A stretch of 64,000 nucleotides of DNA, from assembly GCA_001949185.1 (NCBI GenBank), contig BDGG01000010.1, positions 473,337 to 537,336 on the forward strand, read 5' to 3'. The position numbers and the translations under genes were made by a program. How positions within the stretch are numbered: position 1 is the stretch's first letter; the number at the start of each line of letters is the position of its first letter. Below, one piece after another: positions 13,902 through 26,413 of the stretch. The notes below the pieces were generated by a model. The model searched no databases and had not been told where the DNA came from. It saw nothing but the letters and a program-made list of their open reading frames with translations. The stretch comes from Ramazzottius varieornatus. Taxonomy: Eukaryota > Animalia > Tardigrada.

Positions 13902-14898
13902 TAGGGGGAGTATGACTTTTCGGTTTTCGAGGGGACACTTTAACATTTGTTTTGTAAACTTGGTTTTGGTTTATCGATTCTCTTGCATGTGTGGTGTTTC
14001 CAACCGACATTCCCCGTTCCTTCACAGCAGGACTGAAATTAACATGTTGACAACTGGGAGAGAAAGCCCATTTTGACATCACACGAGGAAGCTCTTCCGC
14101 CCTGTTTTCAGAATTTTAAGGTCAGAAGTCCTCATATTACGATGTCTGGAATTCGACAACCAGGAATTTCTGTTTTTATGAGTGCAGAAACCATCTGGGA
14201 GATGCGCCACTTTAGTGAGGTGGAAGAACTAAATTTTTCCCAACTAGCGTACCTCTAAAAAGTTTGTTATGCTATTCAATAGACATCTCACAGTATGTTG
14301 TATCTTTACCCAAAACTGATTTGAGGTCGAGCTGTTTCTGCTCTCAGAATACACGGACAAATATTTGAAATTTCGTTTGGGTTCCCTCCCCGAAACCTTG
14401 GGCACTGAACGCTCTTCAAGTATACTGGGCAGTGTTTTCGAGAGAGAACTTGTCGGACCCTAGTTTTAAGATACTAGCACATTTTTGGAGAGATTTGGGC
14501 GCTCACGAAAACTGTTGTCCCGAAAGTACCTGGATTTTTACAAGAATCTGCCTCCGTTGAAATGACCTTACAACTCGCGAATTACGAGTGTATTGGATAG
14601 GGGTTTCGGTGGACCAATTTGCGTACCAACTTCTTGGCTTCCAAGGTGCAGTTTTTGGACATCAGGTTTCTCAGAATACTCAAGGGCATTACGTGGTAGA
14701 GCCGCCACGCGTCGCCACAGATAGAAGTCTCGAAAAACTGTTCGTCCTTCTGGGAGAATTTTCCTAAAAATTCAGCAGCAAATCACCAGCTGAGACGCCT
14801 CCACGTGGGGGGTTTTGCGATGTATGGCGTCATTTTAACGTCTGAACATTTCCGCTCGAAATTTCGTGCCCCTTCAGATTTTTCTGACGTGGCCGCCT

Positions 14899-14948
14899 NN
14901 NNNNNNNNNNNNNNNNNNNNNNNNNNNNNNNNNNNNNNNNNNNNNNNN
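14899..14948. other. Assembly gap (50 N)
   Basis: Run of n characters. Confidence 1.
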
Positions 14949-16004
14949 TGACCACTGGTCAGACGGCCACGTCAGATGAACCACAGCATCCGTCAAATGA
15001 ACCACAGCATCCTGTCCCTTGATGTCTGCTACACCAGATTGCATCAGCAGTATAACTGTGCCCTTGGTGTCCCAAAACTTTATACTCGTTTCCTGAACAA
15101 TTCGACTTGCTATCGTTCATACGCAAAAAGGGCCGCTGATACCCATCTAGTGGTTTTTGACGTTTTTGCTCGTTTTCTACGCAGAAGGCTCTCTTGCAAA
15201 CGTCACATCTAGAACATCAGATCACAACTGCCTGTTACTGTAATACTATTAGGTGCGGAAGTATGACTTGTCTCCTATCACCGAGTTCAAAAATTGTTTT
15301 CTCTCGTTCGAGCGAAGTGTTTTATCCCAAAAGTTTTGCAATATGATGCACGATTATTCGTGCATCATTCGAATGTGCTTATGGATTTTCTATTCGTGGT
15401 TGTCCGCCGAGTTGCAAATTCAGTTTAGCAAAAGTGACTGTTTTGTGGAAGCCCCGTCGCTTTCGGGAAAACAATTTTTTCCAGCGCCCAAATCTCGTCG
15501 AAAACCTGATAATGTCTGCAAAACTTACTCTAGTGGACGTTCTCCCAAAAGCAACATCATGTCTCCTTTGAAGCATAGGATGCCAAAAGCTATCCGAGTG
15601 GAAACTTGGGCACGCGTACAGACACTAAATCCTGCCTCCTGAGGGCTCTGAGAGTTTGATCGCGAATCGACTGCGGCCATAAATCAAGCACATCCTTGTG
15701 CATCTGCGGATCATCTTACCGGAAGTTTTCAGGATGTGCGTAAGACGGGACGAATTTAGTTCTGACAATCTTGCTAAGGTGGCGCATTTTAAAGCTGGTT
15801 TTACACCCGGCAAACGGAAATTCTTGGTTTTCAAATTCCACAAGCTGTAACGAGAAAACTTGTGTCGGTCATAATAAAGGCCTAAATTTTGTCTACAGCA
15901 GGACACGATCCGCTTCGAAGTTGATGAGGCCAGTGTCCGGAGAAGATAATTGAAAAGACAGCTTTGTCCTTCTGCGGTCAGCACTGCTGCCGTGAAAAGG
16001 ACAA

Positions 16005-16724
16005 TGGACAATTCTCGTTTGGACATCTGTACTGGAAAATTGGACTGGACAAACTGAGTTGAAATTACGTATGAACCCGCCGAGAAAGCACGACAAGAAT
16101 GTTTTTGTATTTTGCGAAATGGAGCAAAAATGACACAACAAAAATCAAAATTTTGACAGCGATACCCATAATTCGAAAATTTCATGAAATTAAAGTACTC
16201 GTGGCGATCCAGTAGAATTCTGATGGTACAATCGGATCGTCTGTGTACCTCAATGCAGCATCCAGCTTGGAAAACTTGAAACATAGTTATGCGCCATACG
16301 ACTTTTGGGAGGCCGGTAAACAAGGAGTACGTAGCCACTTTCCCAAGTGGCGTACGCTTCCAGCCAAAAACAATGAAAACGTGCGCCACTCAACAGGACG
16401 ATCTTTACGTTCCGCTTGCTGGCCTCTCAAGAATTGTGAGGCGCCCAACTATGTCTCAAATTTTCTGAAGCGAGTGCTACATTCAGGTTCACAGACGATC
16501 CGCTTTGTATCATCAGAATTCCACTGGATCGCCACGTGAGCTGTAATTTCATAAAATTTTCGAATTGTGAATAGCAAATTTTTGACTTTTGCTGTGTTAT
16601 TCTTGCTTCATTTCGCAGAAGTGCAAGAAAAGATGTTTCCGTGCTCCCGTTGCGTTTTACGCAACTTCAACTTAGTTTGCCCAGTCCCATTGTCCAGTAC
16701 AGCTGTCCAAACGAGAATTGTCCA
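16005..16724. repeat. ~720-bp imperfect palindrome (foldback) centred on the CAAGTGGCGYAC-N25-GTGCGCCACT core
   Basis: Arms ~16005-16355 and ~16381-16724 are reverse complements, e.g. tggacaattctcgtttggaca / tgtccaaacgagaattgtcca and cgtggcgatccagtagaattctgatg / catcagaattccactggatcgccacg. Confidence 0.85.
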
Positions 16725-18038
16725 GTCCACGTTCAACGTCTTGTCCAGCTTTTACAACGTGCCATCTGCGCGGGTGCATTCGCAGGACCCTGTCCATCGG
16801 CCTGTTGGCCAGCGCGATTTCCAGCTGGAACAGGATGTATCAACAAAGATCATTGTTGACATTCACTTAGGCTTCGCAGGCAAAATGACGTAGGAGCGTT
16901 TCGGGTACATCAACTTGTTGCTAAACAGGCTGCCATCTGGCGACCAGGTTTTCCCCTGAGGGGGGGGGGTGGCACGCTGACTTGAGGACATGAAGGTATG
17001 GGCTTTGGCCACACGTTACGCAGGGTTTGCAGTTCTGACTAATGCGATTGGTCAGCAGTGAACAACGTGTAGAAGGGAGGATTAGACGATCTGTCCTATT
17101 TCCCTGGCGGTGCAGGAGAGTACACTTAGGACACGCAGGAGGACCACAAGCTTTAGCAGAGACCTCCGCTTTTCTCCCAACGATCGTCGGACGCCTCGCT
17201 ACTCGTGACAACCCATGCCACCGTTTTGGTATACACGCACGCTAAGGAAGTTTGGGCCAGTAAGAAGTATGGGCTAGACGGGAAAGACGGTTACGTGAAA
17301 ATTCGAACGTATGAAATCGTCGGAAAGTACATTACAGCGGATTGATCACGTGCGCACGTGCTTCCGTGCCGGTGTTTCGGAATCGCTTGGCCCATACTTT
17401 TTACTGGCCCAAACTTCATCATTTTCCGATAGTCTAATTCAGTAACGAAGTCCGATGTTGTACGTTTGTGACCATGCCGATGACCTGAAAAACTTGTACA
17501 ACTGCTGTTTCGATCAGCCGCTACAAATAAATCGATCCCCGGGATTGTATTGCGTAAAAGCAATGACGTCGACGGTGTTGTTAAATATGATGCAATTGTG
17601 ACTTTCGTGTACGATGGTTGTGGTTCAGGATCAAGGTTTGTGAGCATTAAATCGTGAACCAAGTTCGGTGTTGCTCCGATGGCGTCGCACGGGCTCTACT
17701 TCGCCCTGGTATAATCGAATCCGATTGTCGCAGGATCCGGCAACAGGATCAAGTAGGGTCAACACGCAGGAAGAGTGGTAGCGCTGAATAGGCCAAATTT
17801 CCTGCAGCCAAGAAAAGCTGATTATAACGTCCTGAGGAGAGACTATTCCCACACCGCTTTGCGCCAGTCATGGTTGCCGACAAGGCATATTTCCTTTCAT
17901 CAGTTGGTGCTTGCCCTTGTCAAATCCGATTCCATCTGATCGGCGGTTCCTGAGCAGCGTTTTACCTGTGTTCCGAATCTATCTTGTACATTCCGCTGTT
18001 TGTTGATACTCATACTTCAGCTTGGGGTCCCGACTTCA

Positions 18039-19157
18039 ATGGATGTAAGGTTTTCCTTCCGGAACGCCACTAGCCGTGTGCTCGTTCGCACACCTCGAGA
18101 ATTCAGTAACTTTAACCCCACTGGCCTCCTTGATACCTCTCGTATTCCGCAGCCAGCATGGTCCTTTTCCGCCCTGGTTGCTCTTTTCGCCATCATCGCC
18201 GGCGGTATTCTCAACCTGACGGTCCTGACGGTCTTCATCAGTCGCCGTAGTCTCCGAAACTCCTTTGGGGTTTACCTGATGAACTTGCTTGTCGTCGACA
18301 GCACCCTTGTCCTCCTTCACGGTCCATTTAACCTGATAGACAAGTACTATCCCTCATGGACCTTGGGCCACCGAGTCTGCTCTTTCGTCAACTACATGAG
18401 CTACGCATACCAAAACCTAATTATCCTCGGCCACTTTCTCATTGCTTTCAACCGCGTTTGGGCCGTCGTTTTTCCCTTCTCTTACCGCACACACCATACA
18501 ACCAAGGTCGCTGTAGCTCTTTGCGCTTCCGCTTGGATCATCTTGAACATCTGCAATATCCCGGTCGCTATTATAACCACTGTGATCACGCCTGGTGCAA
18601 TCAACGGTACCTTACGCTGTGATATCGACCCTGAACGACTGGGCGTATGGGACCCAATTTCACAGATACTTCTCTTTGATATACCCATTCTCTGTGTCAT
18701 ACTAGCCTACCCCGTCGTCTGCTACAAATCGTTCTTCAGTAACCGGCAGCAAAAGGTCGCCCCTCTCGCTGGTACTCATACGATGGTCAGAGGGCGTCAG
18801 GGTACTCACTTCCCTACCGACAAGACTTCGGCGCATCATGGGGAGCGTGAAGGAGAAGACCACCGCGAGAAGGACCGGCGAACGAGAATCGTCGTTTGCG
18901 GGAGGGCACTCAACGGCAGCCCAACGGGCTTTCTAACCTTGACTTTGACGACGTGCAGTTTCATACTCTGCCTGATGCCTAAGGAAGCGTACTATACTTG
19001 GTTGATGGCCACGGATATCGATCCACCCGGAGTAGCAGACATTGTGGATGTACTGCATCGTTTGACAACGGTGTTCGACCCATTGTTGGTGGTGTTAGGA
19101 AACACGGAATTGCGCATGATCATCTTCGACTGGCTGCAAATATTCCGACCGAAGTAA
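18039..19157 (+). CDS. Intronless rhodopsin-family (class A) orphan GPCR
   Basis: Seven hydrophobic segments; TM1 ILN, TM2 YLMNLLVVD, ECL1 WTLGHRVC, DRY equivalent FNRVWAVVFP, TM7 VFDPLL. Confidence 0.88.
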   Translation: MDVRFSFRNATSRVLVRTPREFSNFNPTGLLDTSRIPQPAWSFSALVALFAIIAGGILNLTVLTVFISRRSLRNSFGVYLMNLLVVDSTLVLLHGPFNLIDKYYPSWTLGHRVCSFVNYMSYAYQNLIILGHFLIAFNRVWAVVFPFSYRTHHTTKVAVALCASAWIILNICNIPVAIITTVITPGAINGTLRCDIDPERLGVWDPISQILLFDIPILCVILAYPVVCYKSFFSNRQQKVAPLAGTHTMVRGRQGTHFPTDKTSAHHGEREGEDHREKDRRTRIVVCGRALNGSPTGFLTLTLTTCSFILCLMPKEAYYTWLMATDIDPPGVADIVDVLHRLTTVFDPLLVVLGNTELRMIIFDWLQIFRPK

Positions 19158-20749
19158 CGAAGCAAGTGTCAGACTGTAAATTCAATGATTGTTCATCGAA
19201 ACGCTCATGATTGGCAAACTTGAAATTTTCAGGTCGGAAACAGAAATCTTGCCGAACCGACACTTGTTTGCACAAGTTTATTGTGGGAAAATACCAAAGC
19301 TTTTTAGGCGTTCTGTGTACCTCGCTGAGAGACTGAGCTTGTCCTGCTTTGTGAACGTTGTCGAAATGATCGGTCAAAACTCGGTTAGTTAGCAGCGATA
19401 AAGAACAAGCTAAAATATATGTCGTAAGATCTGTAATTGAATACCAACAAATTTACTGAATTTACTACGTCGAATCGGCGATCCCGACTATGCATTGTGG
19501 GCGTCCTTATCACTGATCGACACTTCCATTAAGTACTTCACAGTTCACACCAAGCCGCAATAGTTCTGCATGAAACGCCTTCCTTTTGCCCTTTTCAAAG
19601 ACGTATGAGCCGTCCCTCCGGCAATATGCCCAGTCTTCCCTGCAATTAGACCTCCTATATACCGGTGTTGGGTATGGTGTAATGGGTGCCATCGGGTTAA
19701 TATCAGCTGCAGCCCAAACGGCACCAGTCAATGCCGGCGAGATGGCAGTTCATCAGCACCAGACGAAAATCCGCAGGCACAAATCCGGTCTGGGCTAACT
19801 GGCCGTTCACACGCAGGTAAAGGATGTCCGATGCAGTCAACCGGATGTTGACGAGCAGTAATCGTTGTGGAGGGTATTTCATTCGAGCCATGAATTTCTT
19901 CTTCCGTTTAACGAGGAGGTAGTTTCCGTAGGCCGACAGCGGATAACCGTCACATCCTGTCAGTGCATCGTGTAAATTAATTTTCGAAATCGAGAAAGAT
20001 GATACTTCCGCTTATTTGGTAACTCAGATTATTATGGAATTTTTTTTGAAATGCGAGCAAGATTTTTGCGCCTACGTGTTACGCACCTCCGTAAAGATTA
20101 GTGCACGTGCACTTCCGTTCGGGGTGCCCGAATCCCACGAACCACTCGTCGATGCTACGTACGGACGAGACTTTTTTCGTACTTGTTCATTTCCACCATG
20201 TTTCTCCATGATGTTTTTTTCCCGCTTTGGTCAGGTCGACGAAAAGATGACTGCTTATAATAAATTTCTTCAGCAGGTTATACCAGCGGCGAGATGTGCT
20301 GAAAAATAGGATAAACTGTTCGAGAAGCTGCCGGGGACAGTCTGCAAGGTCGAAATCGAGATTAGAGACTTACCGTCGACGATTGAAGGTGAGATGAGAT
20401 GGGAAGTACGTGAATAGAGAGTATCCGCAGTATCATTAAACTTATAATTGAATTCCTCCATCTTGTGCTGAATAAAGGGCACTCTGCAGCTCGGAATAGG
20501 ATGTGCAAGATGCTGAGAGGTTCTATTCCTGTTCGAGAAGAACTTCGGACGGAAAGCAAACTAAACAAGAGGCGGCTGATGACATCTGCTATACAAAAGC
20601 GGTTGGAGTTTGCCAGTGTTCTCAGAAGCGACTATTGCATGCTCTACCTCCTGCTTCCATGAGGCAGCAGGTGCAAGTGGGAATTGTTTGCAGGATCTAC
20701 CATAGTCTCAAAGAAAGGGCAGCAGTGAGCTGACTGGGTGAACGGCCAT

Positions 20750-21299
20750 TAGAGATGGGATAAGTGTGATTTACCGAAACTAAATCGAACTTATCGATTT
20801 GGTATGAGAAATCACCGAAACCGAAATTATCGGTGTGAGTCTCACACCGAATTTCGGTGTGCGGTCGCACCAAACCGATACCAAATCGGAATTTTTCTGT
20901 AAATTCAATCATACCGAAAGGCCCAGAGTTTGACCGATTCCTGAGCGATGCCGAGAAAGTTTTTGGCTTACATACTGTATTTCTGCTAGCTTGATAGACA
21001 GCCATCCGGTGGAGGGAAACCTCCCAACATCTCAAGACACGCAAAACGATGTACGCTTGCGGCTCGCCCCGTTTTGCGCAAGTTTTACTCGGTTTTTCCC
21101 GTTGATAACAGAAACTTTGTCTCTTTCGGTTTACCGATTTTTCGGTTTGATTTGGTGTGATAAATCGAAATTTCGGTGCAGCAATTTACCAAGTCAAAAA
21201 TATCGGTGTGGACTCCATACTGAAGTTTTCGATTCGGTTTGAGAGTTTACCAAATCGAAAAATACCACACCGAACTTAATCACACTTACCCCATTTCTG
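20750..21299. mobile_element. Non-autonomous hAT-type element (MITE)
   Basis: TIRs tagagatgggataagtgtgatt / aatcacacttaccccatttctg; perfect 8-bp TSD ACGGCCAT (20742-20749 and 21300-21307); many subterminal accgaa/ttcggt repeats. Confidence 0.9.
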
Positions 21300-22426
21300 A
21301 CGGCCATCACCTGGCTTGTGCTAGCTTACCAGAGCCTCTTCCCCTCGCGATCATTTCATTCGTGCACTCAATCAACTGGTCCGTTAATTGACAATCAGCT
21401 CATACACATTTTGATTAACCGACCGAAATGATCGGAACTTCAAAGTATCCGGCTCGCCATTGAGTTGTCCACTTTCAACACTTTGGCTTGTTTCACGGAT
21501 TAGATCGTCGAAAGAAGAGTCCGAGCGGGCGCCGCGAGCGCCCTCTGTCGTTAAATCTCGACCAACAAAGAGAACTTCGGAGAGCGGGCCGGGGGGCTTC
21601 CTGATGCGCTGTTGTGAGTCTCCGGCCAGCGTATGCCCGGCTTTCAAAATCTCGCCTCCCGGGCCTTGTTCCCCGTTAATTAATTTATTGAGGGTCTGGA
21701 GTTTCAGCACGGCCTTGCACTAGACCTCAGAAAATTTGGCCTCTCTCTCCAGCGGGTTTCTTACTGTAGAATTTTGGAACAAGCAGTAGTTCGAGATTCG
21801 CCTGGCACTTAAAGCCGCCAACCTGCCGGGTTAGCTAGCCAGAGCATGCTAAGACCAAGTCACAGACCGTCGCAAAATTCGACGGTGTTTGTAATTGCTC
21901 CAACTTCGACAGACAAAAAGCGATTCTGGTGTTACTCTGTAGTGCAAAGGAGGCTTACGTTCTCACGGTTAGGTACTTCGAGGAAATTTTCAGCATCGGT
22001 AGCTCTCCAACCCAAAAACGAGTCTTGGCCATAAAGACAAAGCGCCGCTTGGCGCGGTACGGTGCGAACGTGCTACGCTTTGCCTTCCGGGTTTTCATTG
22101 GATATACATACTATTATGAAATACTAGTGTTAAATACACATATTCTGAGTATGCATCGCACCGATTCGGGTGGAATGCACAGGGTCAATGGTTTCTTATG
22201 AGTCCGTGGACTTTTGTATTACCGCGTTCGTCACATCCGAGCCCCAATGCTAATTCTAGCTGGTTTTTCCATCAAGCTGAAAAATGTCATACCGACCTAC
22301 TGTAATCTTGAACGAATCGTTTTAGCTTCTCGTTCGGTCCAAGCTTAAATGGCGACGTTACTTAAGAGCGTTGTTTTTGACGAAATACTGTTGTCTGAAG
22401 TTCCACTACACAACAGCACGCCGAAG

Positions 22427-23727
22427 ATGTTACCTTCTCATGTGTGCATGCTACTGTTTTTGAGCGCCTTAACAGAAAGCACTATCGCTCACAATGAGGG
22501 CGTTGCGGAACTACCTCATGTTTCTGCTGCTCGAAACCATTTCATAGCCCGATCGAAGCGCTCTTTGGACGCTTGTGTCACAAGCCAGTTCGGTTCCTCA
22601 ATCGGTGAAAACACCCGCGTACGTCGTGAAGCTCTCGTCCAGTCAGTCCAGCAGCAAGACAACAGTCAAAACAGGTTTAGGGAGCTAGGGTCCAGAGGAG
22701 TGAGCACCGAGGTAGCCAGCGTGTTGACCACCAGCCATCGAAAAGCCAGCTCACCATTCAGCCACCCGTTCTTCCCGCACGACGCTACCTGTATTCTCAC
22801 ACCGGAGGACTTTAGCGGTCCATACTACGTCAGAGGCGAACATATCCGTTCGGACGTGCGTGAAGACCAACTTGGAGTGTTCGTGCAAGTGATCGATATC
22901 AAAACGTGCGCACCTGTACCCAACGCTTACATTGATCTGTGGTAAACTAACGCTACCGGTTATTATGCCGGGCTGCCCACAGGAACTGTTGGTTTTCTGG
23001 GTACGGATGGAAAAGGCAACATTACGTTTGCTGGGATCTTTCCCAGGCCGGTGTGAATTGTTAGTCACTGAAATTTGGTGGTAGGGGTAGTGGTAGTGGT
23101 AGTGGTAGTGGTAGTGGTTACGAACTTTAATCAGAACTCGATGAAGCGCTTTATTATCTCGTAGAATACCACCTTTCTGCGCGGACTTCTGCCGACTGAC
23201 GTGTACGGCGAAGCTCAGTTCTAAACGATAGTGCCTGGCCACTATCCCGGTCGAGCGAAACATATACACATCCAAGTGCACGTTGGTGGTACCGTGTTCC
23301 CGAATAACAACACTTTCACCCCAGGCAGCGGTACCGTTGCCCATATTGGTCAGCTGTACTTAGATCAGGATCTCCTCGACGCAGTGGAAGTCACAAGCCA
23401 CTACAAACCCATCCGTGTCGACAGATTGCCCACGCGACCGACATCTTCTTGGGAAAGTTACTTTGTACTGGTACCGACCCCATTCTTCGATACGCTCACC
23501 GCGGTACTTTGGTTGAAGAAGGGATAGTGGCTTGAACTACGTTAGGAGTGGATACAGAAGCCGATGTTTCCAGCGAAGCGAGCCATGTAGCGACCTTGAC
23601 GGTGAATGGTGGTATTTGGCACGACAGCAGTGCCGATTTTGAGGGTGTTATGAGCTCTGTAACCAATTGTGACACACTGGCAGCCACCACCCCGAAGACG
23701 ATGAATGCGCATCGGTATGGCAGATAA
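22427..23727 (+). pseudogene. Secreted intradiol ring-cleavage dioxygenase-like pseudogene (fungal/bacterial type)
   Basis: Signal-like N-terminus; CILTPEDFSGPYYV..IRSDVREDQLGV..IDIKTCAPVPNAYIDLW*TNATGYY..TDGKG..IFP / PGHYPGRAKHIHIQVH..VAHIGQLYLDQDL..DP..EEGIVA*TTLGVD. Lesions: TAA at 22943-22945, a ~190-bp insertion, a frameshift near 23430 and a TGA. Confidence 0.85.
23080..23118. repeat. (GGTAGT)n microsatellite within the insertion in the dioxygenase pseudogene
   Basis: About six tandem ggtagt units. Confidence 0.9.
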
Positions 23728-24300
23728 CCAACTGGCTAATTACAGAAAAGACTACCCCGCATATGTTGTGTTCTGCCGTAAAGACCATACATGAATGGTT
23801 TTTGTAGTAAACCATATCACAGCAACTCGAGTACAGTAATTCGAATAGTCACCAGAACGCATGTGCGCGTACAGCTCAGAATTATAGCCTTCATCAGCCA
23901 ACCTGTATACACCACGCCACCGCATGCAAATCGAGAAATGGCGGCTGATTTTCTTTGTTTTCGAATACCCGACAAGCCGCAACTGACAATTGAGTTACTA
24001 CACAGGTTAAGCTGCCAGCTCCGGTTGCGACTCCGGCTGCTGTTAAGGCTTAGCTCCGCCCCTTTTGTGACGTTTAACCGGAATTGCCTTCCGGAACCAC
24101 GGTTATTTTCGAGAAATACGCGTAGTGGAAATACGGTTAATTTAGCATGGTGCAGCAACATGGCCGTCTGATTAATCAAACGCGCGGCCCTTCAAATTTA
24201 AATTTTATTTCCAGCCATTTTCTCTATTACTTAGCTTCTTCTTGAATTACTGCTCGCTTTTTCAAGATTCTTGTTTAAATGGTGGCCTGATAGGTCAAGG

Positions 24301-25224
24301 ATGGACGAGAATGGATTATGTGGGAGTGTAGCGTCTCCTGGATCATCAGTAAGCGGGGGAAAAGAAGTGGAGGCAAAGGCTACTCGATTCCACTGGGACG
24401 AAGAGAGTCAAGTTCGTCTCTTGAAACAATACAGAACGACCATGGAGATATTCGAAGGAACTGAAACGGGAATGTATAATGAGATCTTCAAGTCCCTGCT
24501 GTCTGCCGGAATGAAGCTTAGGACTGCGCGTGCTGTTCAAGAGAAGACCAAAGCAATTGTTAGTGAATTTAAAGCGTCTAACCGTATGGAAGAATGGAAG
24601 TCTGGTGATCCTGGTTCCTTTACCGAGAAAGAGAGGTTACTTGTCGACATTATCGAATACATAAACGATCACGGAGTCAAGCGCTACTGTAAGCTGTCCA
24701 AGAAAAAGAGCTTGGAAGAAGAGAAGAAAGCCCGGAAAGACCAGAAGTTCAAAGACGCAGCAACTTTCAGCAAATGGAAGCGTCGAAGTGCGCAGGACCA
24801 TGAACTGACGCCTGATCCATTGGATCGTAAGTAGTGTTCTTTTCGAGATCAAGGTGTACGCTTTCTCTTGAGAATTTGAAATCGTTTTCCCCAGTATCCT
24901 AACCATCATACTTTGTTTTGCAGTAGACAGAGACAACGACGCTCTCAATACGCCAAAACGAGAGCGAACAAGCTACAATCATATGTTGAAATCGTTCCTG
25001 GAAAGTTCTACGGATGTGAAAAATAAAGAGCTGCAGATCAAGGAGGAACTCCTGGCAGTCGAACGTACCCGCGAAGCAAGACTGTCTGAAGAGAGCAAGA
25101 TGAAGTATGATTGGAACAGAAACGGATTGAAGCTGACCAGATAAAGATGATGAACGACCGGAAACGAGAGGAGCTTTTCGCTAACGTCATGCTAGAAGCT
25201 CTCCGAACTTTGAAGAAAGATTGA
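24301..25224 (+). pseudogene. Transposon accessory ORF (Myb/SANT-like N-terminus, charged coiled-coil tail), one intron ~24828-24923, probable frameshift near 25110
   Basis: RFHWDEESQVRLLKQY...RTARAVQEKTKAIVSEFK resembles the Myb/SANT-like partner of Harbinger elements; gtaagt...ttgcag intron. Confidence 0.6.
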
Positions 25225-25323
25225 CATACTGTTTGAAATGTTAAAAAAACGTTTCCAGAATTAATTTTGTTACATTTACTTTGAAATGAAGTATCGCAAA
25301 GTAGTCAAAAACCGTTATTGAAT

Positions 25324-26413
25324 TCAGTCCAGTCTGTTTTTCAAGTACTGCTCTAAAGACGGAGGAGCTATCCCAACAAGATCAGAAACTTTAGCACCAT
25401 GACCAAGACAGACTCTACAATTAGTTAGCAGCGTACCAACTGTGTACAGAGAGCCTACGGGCTGCAGAAGAACCTTCAGGTTTTTCTCAAAATCCAGAAA
25501 TGCAAATTGCTGAACCACTTCGCCGAAACCCCATTCCACGGCAATCTAGACGCCCGCCATAGCTACGTTGAAGTCTTTCTGCTCATCTGACAGAGCAAGC
25601 GCTCCATTGCGGAATGGACCTTCGAGGTATTCGGAAATAGGGTATGCAGGATCCTCTTAGATACGACAGATCGTCCCGATTTCGTTCATTTTCGTCGTCA
25701 AAAGCTTTATCAAGCCGCTTTCAGCCAGCATACTAGAATCATGACGTCGTCCAGGCCAAGGTCCATCGAGGTTCACTACCAGACCGTTAGGTGCCATCAC
25801 TGACTGAAACTTAAGGCCATGCAGTCGATAATGGCCACTGTAGATGGTTCTTTGATCCTTCTTTCGGACGACAGCATGGACGAAACGTCCCGTCTATGAA
25901 GCCCCATATATCGCGAAGTGGTGCGCCTTTCCGCCTGACTGCTCTGCAAAACAAAGCGATATCTTTTGCTGTAAGCCAACACAAATCTAGAGACATAAGT
26001 AGATGTCCAAAGGTAGCATCCACGTGTCCAACAATCCAACTGAACGCCATCGATAATTCGGGCTTGCCCCGACGGTAAATCAGGCTCAGAGTCGTGTATC
26101 GACTTGGATGGCTTAGTCGGCCCAAAAGAATGCACAAGATTTCCGTCCCGTCGAAACGTGATCTGTTTTCCAGAATGACAGACTCAGGGATGTCGAGGGC
26201 TTCCCGTAAGCGAGGAATATTTTCTCGCGTGAAGAGGAACCAGTCCCAAATATCTGAGTCTGAAATCACATCCAAGTCGAAAGGAATCTTCAACGGTCTT
26301 TCCACCTTTGGCAGTGACAACATAAGGACAGTCTCCTCATAAGACAACAGACCCGACATCAGTAACAAGCAAGACGTTTTCTTATCCATTCCGTATGGAG
26401 TAAGCTCAGACAA
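25324..26413 (-). pseudogene. Harbinger/HARBI1-like DDE transposase (DDE_Tnp_4), disrupted
   Basis: IWGFIDGTFRPCCRP, YSGHYRLHGLKFQSV, GPWPGRRHDS, DPAYP, AVEWGFG motifs; frameshift near 25855 and in-frame stops near 25657 and 25547. Confidence 0.9.

Noticed and set aside
15625-16389. 254-aa ORF and neighbouring ORFs
   Set aside because: They lie within the foldback palindrome, have no protein motifs, and mirror-image ORFs appear on the other arm.
22943-23535. Stop-codon readthrough or alternative genetic code in the dioxygenase
   Set aside because: A frameshift and an insertion accompany the stops, and neighbouring genes use TAA/TGA as normal stops.
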